A stretch of DNA of 64,000 nucleotides from NCBI GenBank assembly GCA_965112735.1, contig OZ218961.1:2790001-2854000 (forward strand), written 5' to 3'. A program made the translations under genes and the position numbers. This DNA is from Phaeosaccion multiseriatum. Taxonomy: Eukaryota > Protista > Ochrophyta, other classes. The notes under the pieces are model-generated. The model saw nothing but the letters and a program-made list of their open reading frames with translations, was not told the origin of the DNA and made no database searches. This document shows positions 35,514-47,985 of the stretch, piece by piece. Each line of letters begins with the position of its first letter. Positions within the stretch are counted from its first letter, which is position 1.

Positions 35514-36420
35514 ATGGTGAGTGTTGCAGGCGCGTGCGTGTTTTACGTGAATTGAAACTTTACTCTTAGACCTTTCTCATCTCTTCCTCCGTTGTCTCTT
35601 CCTCCCCCCTCATGCCTGCCCCTGGAGAGCAGGTGGTGCTGCCAGGCATAGCAGTGAACGAAAAGACCCGCTTCGAGGTGGAGCTCGAGTTTCTCCAGTG
35701 CCTCGCCAGCCCGGAGTACCTCCATTGTAAGCACCTACGAGTGGCCCCTCGAAGGTGGATCTTTACTCTGCCGCCCCCTCCTCCTGCTTCTCCTGCTGCT
35801 GCTTCTGCTGTCACGATTGTGTGCGTAGAAAAGGATGTTGCTGATTTCCTACATTCTTCTTCTCTTTCCCTTCCCTTTTCCCTTCCCTTCACCGCACTCC
35901 CTTTTCCTCGCAGTTCTCGCGCAGAACCGCTACTTGGAAGACCCCGCCTTTCTTGCCTTCCTCAAGTATCTAGAGTACTGGAGGGATCCGGCGTACGCCC
36001 AGTTCATCACCTACCCCCACTGCCTCGCCATGCTGGACTGTCTCCTCACCAGCGAGCGCTTCCGTAAGGTGGGTGTTCGCTGTGTCGTCCGATCAATGGA
36101 CATGGATGACCCTCTCCTTCTGAGCCTCTCCTTGTAACCCCCTTCTACCAGCAGCCTCGATCAGATACTCCTTTCGACACTTTTTCAGACCGCCCACCTT
36201 ATTGTCTTGGTCCTGACGGCGTTGTGATTGTCGTCTGTCACTCTCCCTCCCTCCCTCCCTCCCTCTCTCACACACGTGCACTGACAAGGAGTTACTGATG
36301 ACAGGCTTCCGAGATTTTGTGCATCAGCAGCAGTTCAACGCGTGGCGCCACATGCACACTCTGCAAAAGACGGGACATCGCCCCACGGAGGGGGCGGGGT
36401 CTGCGCCTCAGAAGGGGTAG
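35514..36420 (+). CDS. MED31: Mediator subunit 31 (SOH1)
   Basis: RFEVELEFLQCLASPEYLH|FLAQNRYLEDPAFLAFLKYLEYWRDPAYAQFITYPHCLAMLDCLLTSERFRK|E...HQQQFNAWRH. Start uncertain (ATG at 35466, 35514 or 35612). Confidence 0.95.
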
Positions 36421-37417
36421 AGGTACTTACTTCTCAATGAAGCAGAGCAGAGTGCACTTTCTTATCAGCAGCTCCTGTTTCCTGACAACATGACCATGAG
36501 GTAACAGTGGCAGCAGTGGCCCAACCCACCCCCTTGGGGCAACACGCACGGGACATTCACCCGGAAGGGGAAAGAGGGGCCGTCGCGGCCGCCGCAGCAG
36601 CTTGGCGCCGAAAAATATCCTGACACCACTGATTTGCGATAGAATCTGAGAGAGGCTCAAGAGTGCTGGGAGAGGTGGAGCGAAGCCTTGGGCTCCCTCA
36701 ATCATGGGTGGCGTGCACACCCACTTCTACAAGCATCAGAAGATCAGAATGGAGCGAGGGGCACGAATGGAGACGAGCGCTGCTCGGCGGCGCTATATAT
36801 CCAGGGTGGGGGGTGGGGGGGGGTGTATCGATGCGCTGCCCTTGAAGCTCTGTAGTGGCAGCGCACTGGGAGGTGGATCCATTGTCAATGTCTGTGAGCG
36901 TCCAGAGTGGGGACCGCGCAACCAAGAGGTGTAGGAGTAGGGTCAGCGAGGGGGCTGATTGAGGATTGAGGAGGGACTCGGCATCACACCGCAGAGAAGG
37001 CGGCAGAGCTAAGAGACCCGGGCGATGCGGCGAGTGAGGCCATTCCCGCCCGGTACCCGTGATCGCCTAGTTCACGCCCCTTCCAACGCTCCCCTTCCTT
37101 TCTGCAGGGTGGTGGTGACTTTCCAGTTGACGTTTTGATTTGACTTATTATTTTTGCTCTGATAGACGGCAGCTGCAAAGCCTTATTATATAAGAGCTGT
37201 GCTGCAAAAAAGAAAGGAAAGAGGAGAGACCACGTCCCCTCAACCCCCCCACAGCATTCAAACTGAAAAAAGAACTTTTAACGTTTTGGGGGGAAGCGCC
37301 ACACAACGCCAATGAAGTTTCCCCATCAAGTGGGCGGCGAAGCCGTGGACCTCCTTGAAGTTCTCCCGCCTGCACGACGGGGGAGTGGTTGTCACTTCCC
37401 TCTTCGATCGAAAGAAG

Positions 37418-38884
37418 ATGGCCTGCTGCTGGCACAAGCGCCCACGGATTCGGGGGGACACTGCGGGTGATGCCTCGCTGCTTGATGTGAACAAGACGCA
37501 GATTCCGTCGGTCCTGTGGCGCAAGATCTTCGGCTACTTGGATGGGCACGGCCTTCACTTGACAAACTGTGTATGCAAGGTACTTAATAAGGAAAGCCGG
37601 GGGGAAAAAAGGAAGGAAAGGAAAAGAAAAAGTTGGGCCCTCTTCATCCATTCGGCCTTCCCCTTCCTCGGCTCCTCCCCTCACAATGTGTCTGTGGCTG
37701 CCGTAGGCGTGGAGGCACCCCAATGACCCCCTGTGGAGAGAGCTCTGGGTGCGCAACTTCGGTGCCCTGCCCGATGTGGAGCCCTGCTCGTGGAGAAGCA
37801 GCTGGAAGAGGGAGTTACTGAGGCGCGTCTCCTGTGGGCTTGCTCCAGGAACAGTGTCTCCCTTCTTTCTCAAGAATGGTAAGCACTAGGCCTCTCGTAA
37901 CAACAGCAGACAGTCAGGATGGGCCACGTCTTCAACACCTCCTCTAATGAGGGGGGTCACTTGGTGGAGGAGGGGCACCTGCTTTTATACATGTCCCCAT
38001 CTACTGGTGCTGTCTCTCTCGTGCGTATAACTTATTATATTCTAATTGTCTCTGAACATCATGCCACACCTGTTGCGCCTGTTGCTTTCGTTCCACCTTC
38101 AAGTCCGTGTTGCGCTCCCTTCCGTCCCGGACTGGTCCAACAAAGGGGAGCCAACTTCGGAGGAGCTATGCCGATCCATCCACATCGTTCACCACCAACA
38201 AGACCTCCAGCAGCAGCAACAGGAGGAAGCGGTGGATACAAGTCCCCACACCCTCACGGCCACAGTGAAGCCAGTCGAGGAAGTTGGCATTCGTATTGCC
38301 GGCATCGCTACAGCGCCTCCCGCTGCTATCACCACTATTACGACTGCCGCCACTGCTGGTGACCTGTCGAGGGTCGCCCTCAACGCAGCACATGTGACCA
38401 TCAGGAGCATTATCGGCCTGCCGAGGGACGCGCAAAACGTGGCGGCCATTGATTTCAAGGTACGGGGGTCTCCATCGCGGGGTGTTTGCTATGGAGGGCT
38501 TAGGGGAAGAGGCAAACGATTCGGCCAACCACATGAATCAGTATAAAGGTGCTTCCCACTCTCTCTCTCTCTCTCTGAAAAGACTGAGCCTCTCCAAACC
38601 TCTTCCTCCTGCTGCTGCTCCCGCATCCCGCATGTGCGTGTTCGTATGTGCGTGGTGTTTTCTATTGCTCCATTCATTCACTATTCCTTCAGCTTCAGTG
38701 CATGAGGTTCCTGAGTCCCAAGGGCTATTTCGACGTGGAGATGCTCGCAAGCTGCCTCCTACGAGCCGCCTTCATCAGCCTCCACGCCCTGGGTATGCAG
38801 ACGCTTCCCGCCCTCCTGCCTGACCTGCGCCTCGCTGCGCACTCCTCGAGAGACAATGTCATCTTCCTTGCCTGGTGTGAGTGA
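37418..38884 (+). CDS. Putative F-box protein
   Basis: IPSVLWRKIFGYLDGHGLHLTNCVCK|AWR..NDPLWREL fits an F-box (LP.E....IF.YL.......VCK.W). Downstream exons at about 38100-38459 and 38693-38884 have no recognised domain. Confidence 0.65.
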
Positions 38885-40056
38885 AGCACCACTGTGTATC
38901 CCTACCTCGCCTTATGGCTGTAGCACCATCTACCTTCCTCGCCGAAGCACCATCTTCCCCCTAGGTCAGGGGATCAATAACCACCTCCTTCTCAACCTGG
39001 TGCTGGTGCTGGTGGTGGTGGTGGTGGTGGTGGTGATAGTAGTGATGGTGGTGGTATAAGAGTTGGTGCATCACGACTACCTAGGAGGCTGTGTGTGTGT
39101 GTGTGTGTGGTGAATACGTATTGAAGCTGTGAATCGAAAATCGATGATTGGTTCCCTTCTCGGTCTGGTACTGTATATGGTCATGGTACCGTAAAGAACG
39201 GGAATACATAAAATATTTGTGCCATTCAACTGCTGAGACTCGCTCGAGGCATCCTTGCTGCTTCTGCTGTTTAATGCTCTGAGGCGCTTCCCACACACTC
39301 AGCTACTGCACTACCCAGTGAAGCAGCTCGGGCTACGTTCTCCAACTCCCGCTGGATTTCCATCTGATCCGCGTCTTCCTGGCTGTATGTACAGTGTCAA
39401 CACTCTAGGGGCTCAACGGGGTCACTCCAGTTCCAACCCCGGTCCATATGACGTGTGAAGATCAGAGGGTCAAAAGCACCATAACTTTGTTCCCCTCCCC
39501 CCCCCGAAAGCTCAACATGTATGTTGCTTGCTGAGTGAGAACCAACACCGCCACCTCCCCCAGGGCACGATGACGATCGCCGATCACGAGGTCATCGCTG
39601 ACCCCCCCCCCCCAAGTGGCCACAAGGACAGAGCTCTGAACCCTGTGAGCGCGATTGGCGGTGCGATTGGGTGATATCCTCTCCTCAACATGGCGGTGGT
39701 TGGGTGAGGTTCTTCCACTGCCATCTAAGTGGAAAGGGCTCGTGCCCCCAGTGTGGGGGTTCACCTCTCTCCAGAGATATCATCATCTCTAGTGGCAGTG
39801 TATCATCTTCTCACAGGCTGTGCAACAGCAGCTGTGCAGCAGCAGCAGCAGCAGCAGCAGCAGGGAGGAGAAGAGCCTGACTGGCCTCCACGCTGGCTTG
39901 GTCCCCCCATCAATTACTTCGTTCGCACCACCAAGCCGCCAGAGATCCAAACGCCACGGCCTTGCTACTGCCTCTGCGTTGACTCCGACAAAGGGCGTTG
40001 CCTCTTGCTCTCCTCGCCTCCGCCCTCTCTTCCTCTCTTCCACTCTCCCTCCCCCG

Positions 40057-41297
40057 TCATGTCTCGCTCATCATAGCAATGTAGTCCTCGTACTGAATGT
40101 GCCCCGTTTCGGGGTCTTTCGCCACCGACAAGAAAGCCTCAAACTCCTTCTCACTGTTCTCGTTGCAAGAAGGTAGATCATCGGGCGGAGGAGGAGGGGG
40201 GGGAGAGGAAGGGGGCAAGGGGCAAGCACCGCGGGGACGGAACAAGGAGATTGGCACCAAGCTTCAGGAGAACGGGGGGGGGAGCCAGCTTCGAGTGGCA
40301 CTTCCCTGCTCGTGCCCGACAGCCACAAAAGTGAGCGCACCTCAGTGCGCTTCCCTCCTTCACCGACCGACAGACAGACCGACCTCTCTCCCGTCTGACG
40401 CACACACATACCGAAACGGAGTCCCTTTAGACATGAGCATCTCTCGCATCTTGGCGGCCTCGATGATACCGGTGCCATCCTCGTCGAGGGCACGGAATGC
40501 CTGGAGATGGGGGTAAGCGAATGAACAGTGGCGGGCGGATGAAAGGGGAAGAAACGTTGGTTAGGCGCTGCCATGGGGGGGATGAAGAGCTTACCACGTG
40601 CTCCTCGCATCCCTTGTGGACAGAAACCAAACCCATGCGCACGTACACAAGCACGCACGCATGTACACATGCACACACACATATACCTGCAAGAGTGTAT
40701 CATCCATGTCGGGTGCCCACTGTCTCGAGTACAGGAGGGACAGCACCTTCTGCTCGAAGCGTTCGAGGGGAATCAGCGCCGTCGGCTCGTCCTCCTGCGT
40801 CGTTTGTCGAAGGCGGTGATGATGACGACGTCAGAGAAAGCAGCGAAAAGAAAAGGTGCAATCATTCGCTGTGCTGGAGACAGAGGAGATCAGACGAGCC
40901 CATGCGCGGCGCGTGCTTCGCTTACCTGCAGCTCAGGGAGTATCTCTTTCATCAAGGCCTGAGAAACCGTGAATGGAGGAGACGAGTGCGCTCTCAAGTG
41001 AGGAAGACGGTCATTTTGCACAGGTCCCATCTTCGGTCACACACTCAACTCACCCTCTCCGTCGGGTAGACGCCAAGGTACCGGATCACCGTAGGGACCT
41101 CTTCCGCCATGATAGCACCTCGCTTTTCCTGCAACACGAGAAGCTCAGTATCAGCGCACGCACGGTGGGGCGGACAAGCATTTTCCCCTTCCCGCCTATG
41201 TCGTTTCCCATCCACCAACCTTATCGAAGAGCGCAAAGGCATCTCTGATCCTGGCCTTCTCCCCCTCGACCCATCTCTCGTCCTTCTGATTCTGCAT
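40057..41297 (-). CDS. DRC8: EF-hand protein EFCAB2 / dynein regulatory complex subunit 8
   Basis: MQNQKDERWVEGEKARIRDAFALFDK|EKRGAIMAEEVPTVIRYLGVYPTE...EDEPTALIPLERFE...DTLLQ|AFRALDEDGTG...KGTPF...EFEAFLSVAKDPETGHIQYEDYIAMM matches the EFCAB2 pattern. Confidence 0.85.
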
Positions 41298-41496
41298 GGT
41301 GTATAGACGCCGCTTGTAGGGAGATAGAGCAGGGAAGAGAAAAGGAAGACGTTACGGTTGATGGATGGCAGTCTACGTGGGTCACAGCTGGCAAAGCCGT
41401 GTTTTGTGTCCCGTTGAGTGCGTTTGCACCACGTTCTTTGCAGAGAGAGAGAAAAAGGATAATCCAAGATAGAGTGGCTGCAAAGAAGAGCTTAAC

Positions 41497-42748
41497 ATGA
41501 GGGCGGCGGTGCGGAAACGGTGCTTGTCTTTTGGCATATGCAGTGGTCTGCTCACCTTGGGAGCAAACTCCTTCATGGTCCCTTCTCTCTCCAGCAGCAC
41601 GTCATCTGGGGCAAGGCTTCGGGATGGGCAGCAGCAGCGGCCACAGCGGGAAACACCGACAGCAGTAGTAGGTAGAAGGCCTGGTCGCGCTCGCCCATGC
41701 TTCCATCACCCCCGTGGCCAAGTCGAGCAGCACAAGCGGGAGGAGCATTGCCCTGCCCCTCTCCTGGAACAAGAGGAGGAGCAGCAGCACCTTAAAGTGC
41801 TCCGTGAGGTGCTACAGAGAAGGCTTCTGATCCCTGTTTGCTGCCTTGCTCTTTCGCTGGGAGTCGGTCTGGGGCTCCCTAGCCTCGCGAGTGCCATGAA
41901 CGAGAATCAGCAATTCATGGCCGAAACATGGGTGAGCAACACCGCCTTTGCAACGTGTAGCAACATGCGTCCGTACAACTTAGAAACACACCTCCTTCTA
42001 CTGTCTAATCTGCTGCAGTAGCTGTACTCCACACCATCTGTCCCACCATTCGCGTTCTCACTGTGTGCCTCTTCTCTCTCTCTCTTGCGTCTGACACCAC
42101 ACACACACACGCACACAACACCTCAGCGGACAGTGGATCGCTTGTACTACGACCGTACTTTCAACGGCGTGGACTGGTTCCAGGTGCGAAAGAACGCCCT
42201 CGAGGCGGCCAAGAATGTGGAGTCGGACACGGAGCTGTACAAGGCCGTGAGCGACATGATGGGCGTGCTCGGGGACAAGTACACGCGCTTCCTGCCTCCC
42301 TCGCAGTATGTGTCGCTCGTCCAGGTAACGATATCTATTTATTTTATTTGTCTTATTTGTATTGTGGTGTAGATGAGTAGAAGTCTGCTGCTCTGCTTGA
42401 TATGTGCGCGCTGATGGATAGAAAGATTACGCCTCTCCCCTCTCAAAGTGTCTCTGAATACACAAGCTGTGTGTGTGGGGGGGGGGGCGGCAAGGGAACT
42501 AAACGTGTGCCCGCTGTACCACCCACAGGGCGCTAAGGGAGAGCTCGCGGGGATCGGAGTGACCATCACGGAAGACCCCGCGACGAATGTGCCTTCCGTG
42601 GGCAGCGTTGAGGACAAGGCTCCGGCGGCCGAGGCAGGCATGCAGACGGGAGACCTTATGGTCCGAATAGACGGGGTGAGTACGATACGTAACCGTTGAA
42701 GACCTTTCTTTCGTATATAATTTCAGCTTGTTCTTTGGACCGGGCACG

Positions 42749-42787
<39 letters not shown>

Positions 42788-44928
42788 GCTTCATCTCGTT
42801 GGTTCAACCTTTGCCATATATCGCGTCAGAACCCATCCACCTTTGCTTTCGTCGCGACCCCCTTTCTTAACCAGATCCCGCTGCTGCTATCTTGCCTCTG
42901 CCTACCACGACTGCCGCTCGCTCTTTCCATGTGTCCCTTTAGACGGACATGAAAGGGAGGACTCCTGACGACGCCGCGGCTATTCTTAGAGGTGTACCGG
43001 GCACCCGAGTGGGCATCGTCGTCGAGCGGCCGGGCCAGGAGGGGAAGCTGGACTTCATTCTCACCCGGAAAAGCTTCCAGATCTCGAGTGTCAAGTCTTC
43101 TACCGCAACCATTGGCGGTGAGAAATGGAGTTCGAGTGGGCTGGCGTGCTTTTGGGAACAAGACGGGCACTGAGGAGCGGGTGGGAGGGCCCGAAAAGTG
43201 GTGGTCTTTACCGGGGCGTTTGTGGATGAGGTGCTTTGGGTCAATGCATTCGTAAGCTCCAACCGAAAGACGCACGTGCCTCTGACTTACAAGACAACAC
43301 CTTTGGTTGTTTGTTTGTTTGTTTGTTTTGGTTGTCTTGTTTTGTTTGTTTGGTGGTTCGATCTCTCGTTTCAACTCGTCTCTCGTTCCTTCCTCCCAGG
43401 AAAGCGCGTAGGAGTGATTCGAATAAAGTCCTTCTCTGCCAACACGGCAGAGTCCGTGAGGCAGGAGCTAGAGAAATTCCGCAAGGGCGGCAACGTGGCT
43501 GGCATAGTGATAGATCTTAGAGGAAACCCGGGGGGGCTGCTGCCCGGTGGGGTGGATACGGCTAAGCTCTTCCTCGAATCGGGTAAGTGTTATGTGGTGT
43601 GGCTCTGTTCTGTCATTCTTCGCAAGCACCGGTATGGTGCGTTTCTTCTCTCCTTCTCCATCTCTCTCTCTTTGTGTGTGTTTGTGTGTGTGTACGGATG
43701 GGTACCTCTTTCCTGCTCTCTCTCTCTCTCTTCCCCTCTCGCGCCCACCCTTTTCTGGTACAGCGGCCCGACTAACCAGAACTCCACCTTTAAACGCTCC
43801 CTTCTCCCTTCTGTAACCATCAACTACTACCCGCCGCCGGAGTAGGGAGGGAGATCGTGTCTGTCAAGAGCAAGGCGGGGCGTATAGACACGCAGACAAC
43901 CTCGGAATCCGGCCCAGAGGTAAGTAAAAGCGTGTAAGCAAATGTCTATGAGTGGCGCTGTCGTGGCCGAGGCTACGAATTCTGCTGCTGCCTCCTCTTC
44001 TTACCCTCCTTCCCTATGGAAGCACGCACGACAAGTCGTCTGCGCGGACTGACCCCTCGACTTTGCTCTTCTTCCCCCCTCCCTCCCTCACCCCCTCCTT
44101 CCCTCCCTCACCCTCTCCCCCCCTTGTTCTCCAGACGGCCGTGCCTCTCGTGCTGGTTGTAGACGATAAGACCGCCAGCTCGTCCGAAGTGTTCAGCGCA
44201 GCAATGAAGGAGAACGATCGCGCCAAACTCGTTGGTGAGGAGGGGAGGGGAGGCGGCTCGTTGGCTGCTGTTTGTCTATCTGTGCTCTCGACTCACCATT
44301 GCACTCGTCTCCTTTCGAGATGTCCTGGGTCTCGCGCTGGATCCCTTCCAGCCGAGTGTGTGTGTGTGCTGGACTAAACTTCTCATACTCGACTTATACA
44401 CGCTCCGCGGCGCTGTGTCGTGCTGTGATGTTTGGTGCCGCAACTCTTAAGTGTGCCCACTCACTCACTCATTCACCCACTCCCTCACTTACTCACTCAC
44501 TGACTCACTTATTTACTCACTCCCTCACTCACCCACTCTGTCACGCACCCATTCACCTACTTCCTCACTCACCCACTCCCTCACTCACCCACTCACTCGC
44601 CCACTTCCTCACTCCCCCGCTCCCTCATTCACCACTCCCTCCCTCACTCACCCACTCACTCACCCACTCACTCACCCACTCACTCACCCACTCACTCACC
44701 CACTCACTCACCCACTCACTCACTCACGCAGGCACCAAGACGTTCGGCAAGGGAATCATCCAGTCAGTGGAGCCCCTGTCCAACAACGCTGGTGTGGCCG
44801 TTACCATTGCCGCCTACGAGACCCCCAAGCACAACAACATCAACAAGGTCGGCATCTCCGTGGACGTGGAGGTGGAGTGCCCACCGACTAAAGAAGCCGC
44901 CACTTGCGTCCCGCCCCAGCTCTTGTGA
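41497..44928 (+). CDS. ctpA: C-terminal processing peptidase (S41A, CtpA-like, PDZ-containing), plastid/lumen-targeted
   Basis: Presequence ending LPSLASA. YDRTFNGVDW, LGDKYTRFL, PDZ GIGV..., VIDLRGNPGGLL, catalytic TASSSEV and TFGKGIIQ. Confidence 0.93.
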
Positions 44929-45078
44929 AGGGGGCCCGCTTTGGCCGTTGGGCATTAGACCATAGGGAGTGGTACAGTACATATTTTCCCCAATGATTAG
45001 ACCAGACATTGAGGGTTCGAGGGTACTCTGTCAGAGAGAATTGTTCTGTCTGAGGGCAATTCTTTGCTGGTAAGGGGG

Positions 45079-45239
45079 TCGACCCCTGACAAGGTTCTGA
45101 GGCGACCCGGGCCAGAACCTGGAACCTGGATCCAGGTTCAGGGGGACCTATTGTTTATTACACGGCTTTTCCGGGGAACCTGGAACCTATTACACGCTTT
45201 CCCCCAGAACCTGGAACCCAGAACCTTGTCAGGGGTCGA
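45079..45239. mobile_element. MITE B, 161 bp, perfect 21-bp TIR, 6-bp TSD AGGGGG
   Basis: TCGACCCCTGACAAGGTTCTG (45079-45099) / CAGAACCTTGTCAGGGGTCGA (45219-45239). AGGGGG at 45073-45078 and 45240-45245. Internal GAACC repeats. Confidence 0.85.
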
Positions 45240-45456
45240 AGGGGGAACAAGTACTTCAACCTTCACGGTGTGCCCGGCGCTCCAAGAGCGCACCCACACA
45301 CACATGGCCGGAAGGTAAATAATAGACACACTCAGACAAAGGCGAGAGTGGCGTCCTCACCAGCCCCACAGTTAAGTGGTTCCAAGCGGGCGCCAGGGCA
45401 CTGGAGAGCCACGTAGACAAAGAATGGAAAAGGATCGCTACTCGGGTTTGGTGTGA

Positions 45457-45547
45457 TCGACCCCTGATGCACTATCGCCCACATTTTCGATAGTGCGCTA
45501 TCGGCCGCCGGCCGATAGCGGATAGCGGATAGTGCATCAGGGGTTGA
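45457..45547. mobile_element. MITE C, 91 bp, 20-bp TIR, related to MITE A
   Basis: TCGACCCCTGATGCACTATC / GATAGTGCATCAGGGGTTGA (19/20). Interior CCACATT.TCGA...GCTATCGGC...GCCGATAGC.GATAGC is shared with element A. Flanks GTGTGA/GGGTGG match at only 4/6. Confidence 0.78.
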
Positions 45548-45658
45548 GGGTGGATGGGAAAGGGGAGGGAGGAAAAGTGGGGGTGTCCATACCCAAAAGC
45601 GTGCGGATGGCAGCCGACACTACAATAATACACCTCTTCGCCCCCGAGAGGAGCTATA

Positions 45659-46859
45659 ATGGCCGTGAGCTTAGCTCGCGCGCTCGAGCTACTGGGAGGA
45701 GGAGGAGGAGGAGGAGGAGGAGGAGGAGGTTCTCTGGAGGGGCTGGCGATGATTTCCACCCTCAGCTTTAACAACGCGGACATGAAGGTGAGAAGATTGC
45801 AACTCGATGACCTTTCACAGCGGCTCTCTTGCCCCCCTTCTCGGTGGCCGCACTCCCTCACTCACTGACTCTTGCACCATTTCTCATTCTATACACCGGG
45901 ACAGGAGCACCTTGGGGGCATAGGAGTACTCCAGATGATTTGCGATTGGTGAGTCTCGTCCTCCTGTCTTCTCCTCCCCGTGCCTTCTTTAACATCCTGC
46001 TCTCCCTCTACTCAGCATGACCTCCAACTCCCAAGCTGAGGTTAAAGAGGCTGGGATCAAGGCTTTGAGGAATGTGGTCTTCAAATGCGACCCAAACAGG
46101 GCCAGGGCCAGGCAGCAAGGCGGGCCGAACGCCGTAGCAGGTGCATGGGTTATGTCAGGGCTGAAGATAAGACTGGGCGGGGTGTGTGACATGAGAGGCC
46201 GTGGGCTTGCTCCGATTGTACTCTTTCCCTTCTCGAATGTAATTACTCCCCACCCACTCGCCGCTCCCGTCCCTTCCTCCCCTGCCTTGCCTCTCACCGC
46301 CACCTTTCCACCCCTTCTCTATTGCTTTGTCCACACCCATCCATACATTCTCTATGGCCTTGTCGACACATACACAGAGGCGATGGAAGCGTTCCCAAAT
46401 CATCAAGCAATCGCGCTCGAGGGCGTTTGGTGCCTGGCAGTCATGTGTAACAAGGACCCCTTCGCCACTGCCCTTTGTGCGCATAGAGCTACGGCCGTTG
46501 TCCAGCACGCACTGGACACGTACAGCAGCGTGCCGGGCATCAGCAGTAAAGCAGCATTCCTCCTGGCGATGTTCGAGACAGCCCCGCCGCTGGACGACTT
46601 TACTGAATTGCCCAACGGAGTGAGGGAGGAAGAAGCGGAGGGGCCTGGGCCGGGGGAGGCGGAAAGGGCACAGGAGGGCGAGCGAATAGCAGGGGAGGCG
46701 GGAGGAGGAGCAGAAGGGGCGGCAGCAGCAGTAGTAGCAGCACCAGCACCAGCACCAGAAGCAGCAGCAGCAGAAGCAGCAGCTGCTGCACCCCCACCAC
46801 CACCACCACCACCAGCTGCGGGAGGGGGGCTGATAGGCGGCCATCGGGCTGAGGAATAA
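45659..46859 (+). CDS. Armadillo/HEAT-repeat hypothetical protein
   Basis: Spliced helical repeats: ISTLSFNNADMK|EHLGGIGVLQMIC, EAGIKALRNVVFKCDPNRARARQQGG, EAMEAFPNHQAIALEGVWCLAVMC. Confidence 0.7.
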
Positions 46860-47209
46860 AAACATACGGTTATTGCATTTTTAATTAAAAAAAATGGGCA
46901 GGACTGGCGGGCACAGTATCCGTACTGGCACTGGCACAGTCTTCTGACTGGACTTGGCTGGCGCCTTTCCTCTCCCCCACCCCCCCTTCTGACTTCACTG
47001 TCCTTGGTTGGCGCCTTTGCTCGGCCTGCCTCGGTTAATGTCAATGTCCCCATAATAAAGACATCCGCTGGGTGGGTGGCTCAACGTGAATCTCTCATCC
47101 ATGCATCCATTCATACATACATGTCTTTCTTTGAGAAGCGAAGCCAATACCCAAGCCTTCCGTCCAGCGAGCAAGCCCCTCACAACGATTGTGGGGCGAA
47201 TTGGGGTCA

Positions 47210-47247
<38 letters not shown>

Positions 47248-47985
47248 CTCTCTCTCTCTCTTCTCCCTCTCTCTCTCTCTCTCTTCTCCCTCGCTCTCGC
47301 TCTGCCAAGCCACCTCGAGCCTCGTCCTCGTCCGGAGGGATGTGTGCTCGCTGGCGCGGTGTGGTGTTGGGAAGGAGGAGGGGATGTTTTCTGAAACGCC
47401 ACCTCGTTTCTCATTCTGTTGCTGTAGCAAGCCCCCTCCACCCCTCGGGGTAGCGTACCACTTCACCACTGATAACCTCTGCGTATCGATAGAACAAAGC
47501 GCAAACTCCATATGGTGTGTGAAGCCCCGGCCCTGCTGACGGAAGATTTGGAGCCCCTCCAACCAGAATGGAAGCCTTGAAGCTTTGACACCTGAGCTGC
47601 TGCTGGGGATGTTGGCGTGCTCAACATACACACAAGTGCACGGCGTCGCCAGCGGTCCCTAAGGTGCCGTGCTGAGCCACACCGTCCAAGAGCCTGAAGA
47701 GGTGGGAGTGGTGGTGGTAGGGGGGGGGAGATCGTAGCTTACAACCCTCACGCTCCTCCCGTCCTTCGCAGAGAGAGACAGAGAGAGAGAGTCAACCCAC
47801 GCTCCGTTCGTTCATTCGGAAGGACAGCGAGGTCCAAGCCTCGCCGTAAGAGAGAGGGCCGCGTGCGGCTCTTCCAGCGGTAGCGGTAGTGGTGGTGGTG
47901 GTGGCGGGAGCACACGACAACAGCTCTGCGCCGTGTCTGCCAGCCTCGGAGGGGGGGTTCCAGACTTCTCGGAACAGCTGCTGTA

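Noticed and set aside
36427-37180. Short ORFs between MED31 and the F-box gene, and likewise at 47095-47700
   Set aside because: No recognisable domain or consistent splice model. Probably UTR or intergenic sequence.
45229-45466. Reading the segment between MITEs B and C as a hAT element (CAGGGGTCGA...TCGACCCCTG)
   Set aside because: There is no 8-bp TSD (AACCTTGT versus ATGCACTA). The longer TIRs and 6-bp TSDs support the opposite parse.
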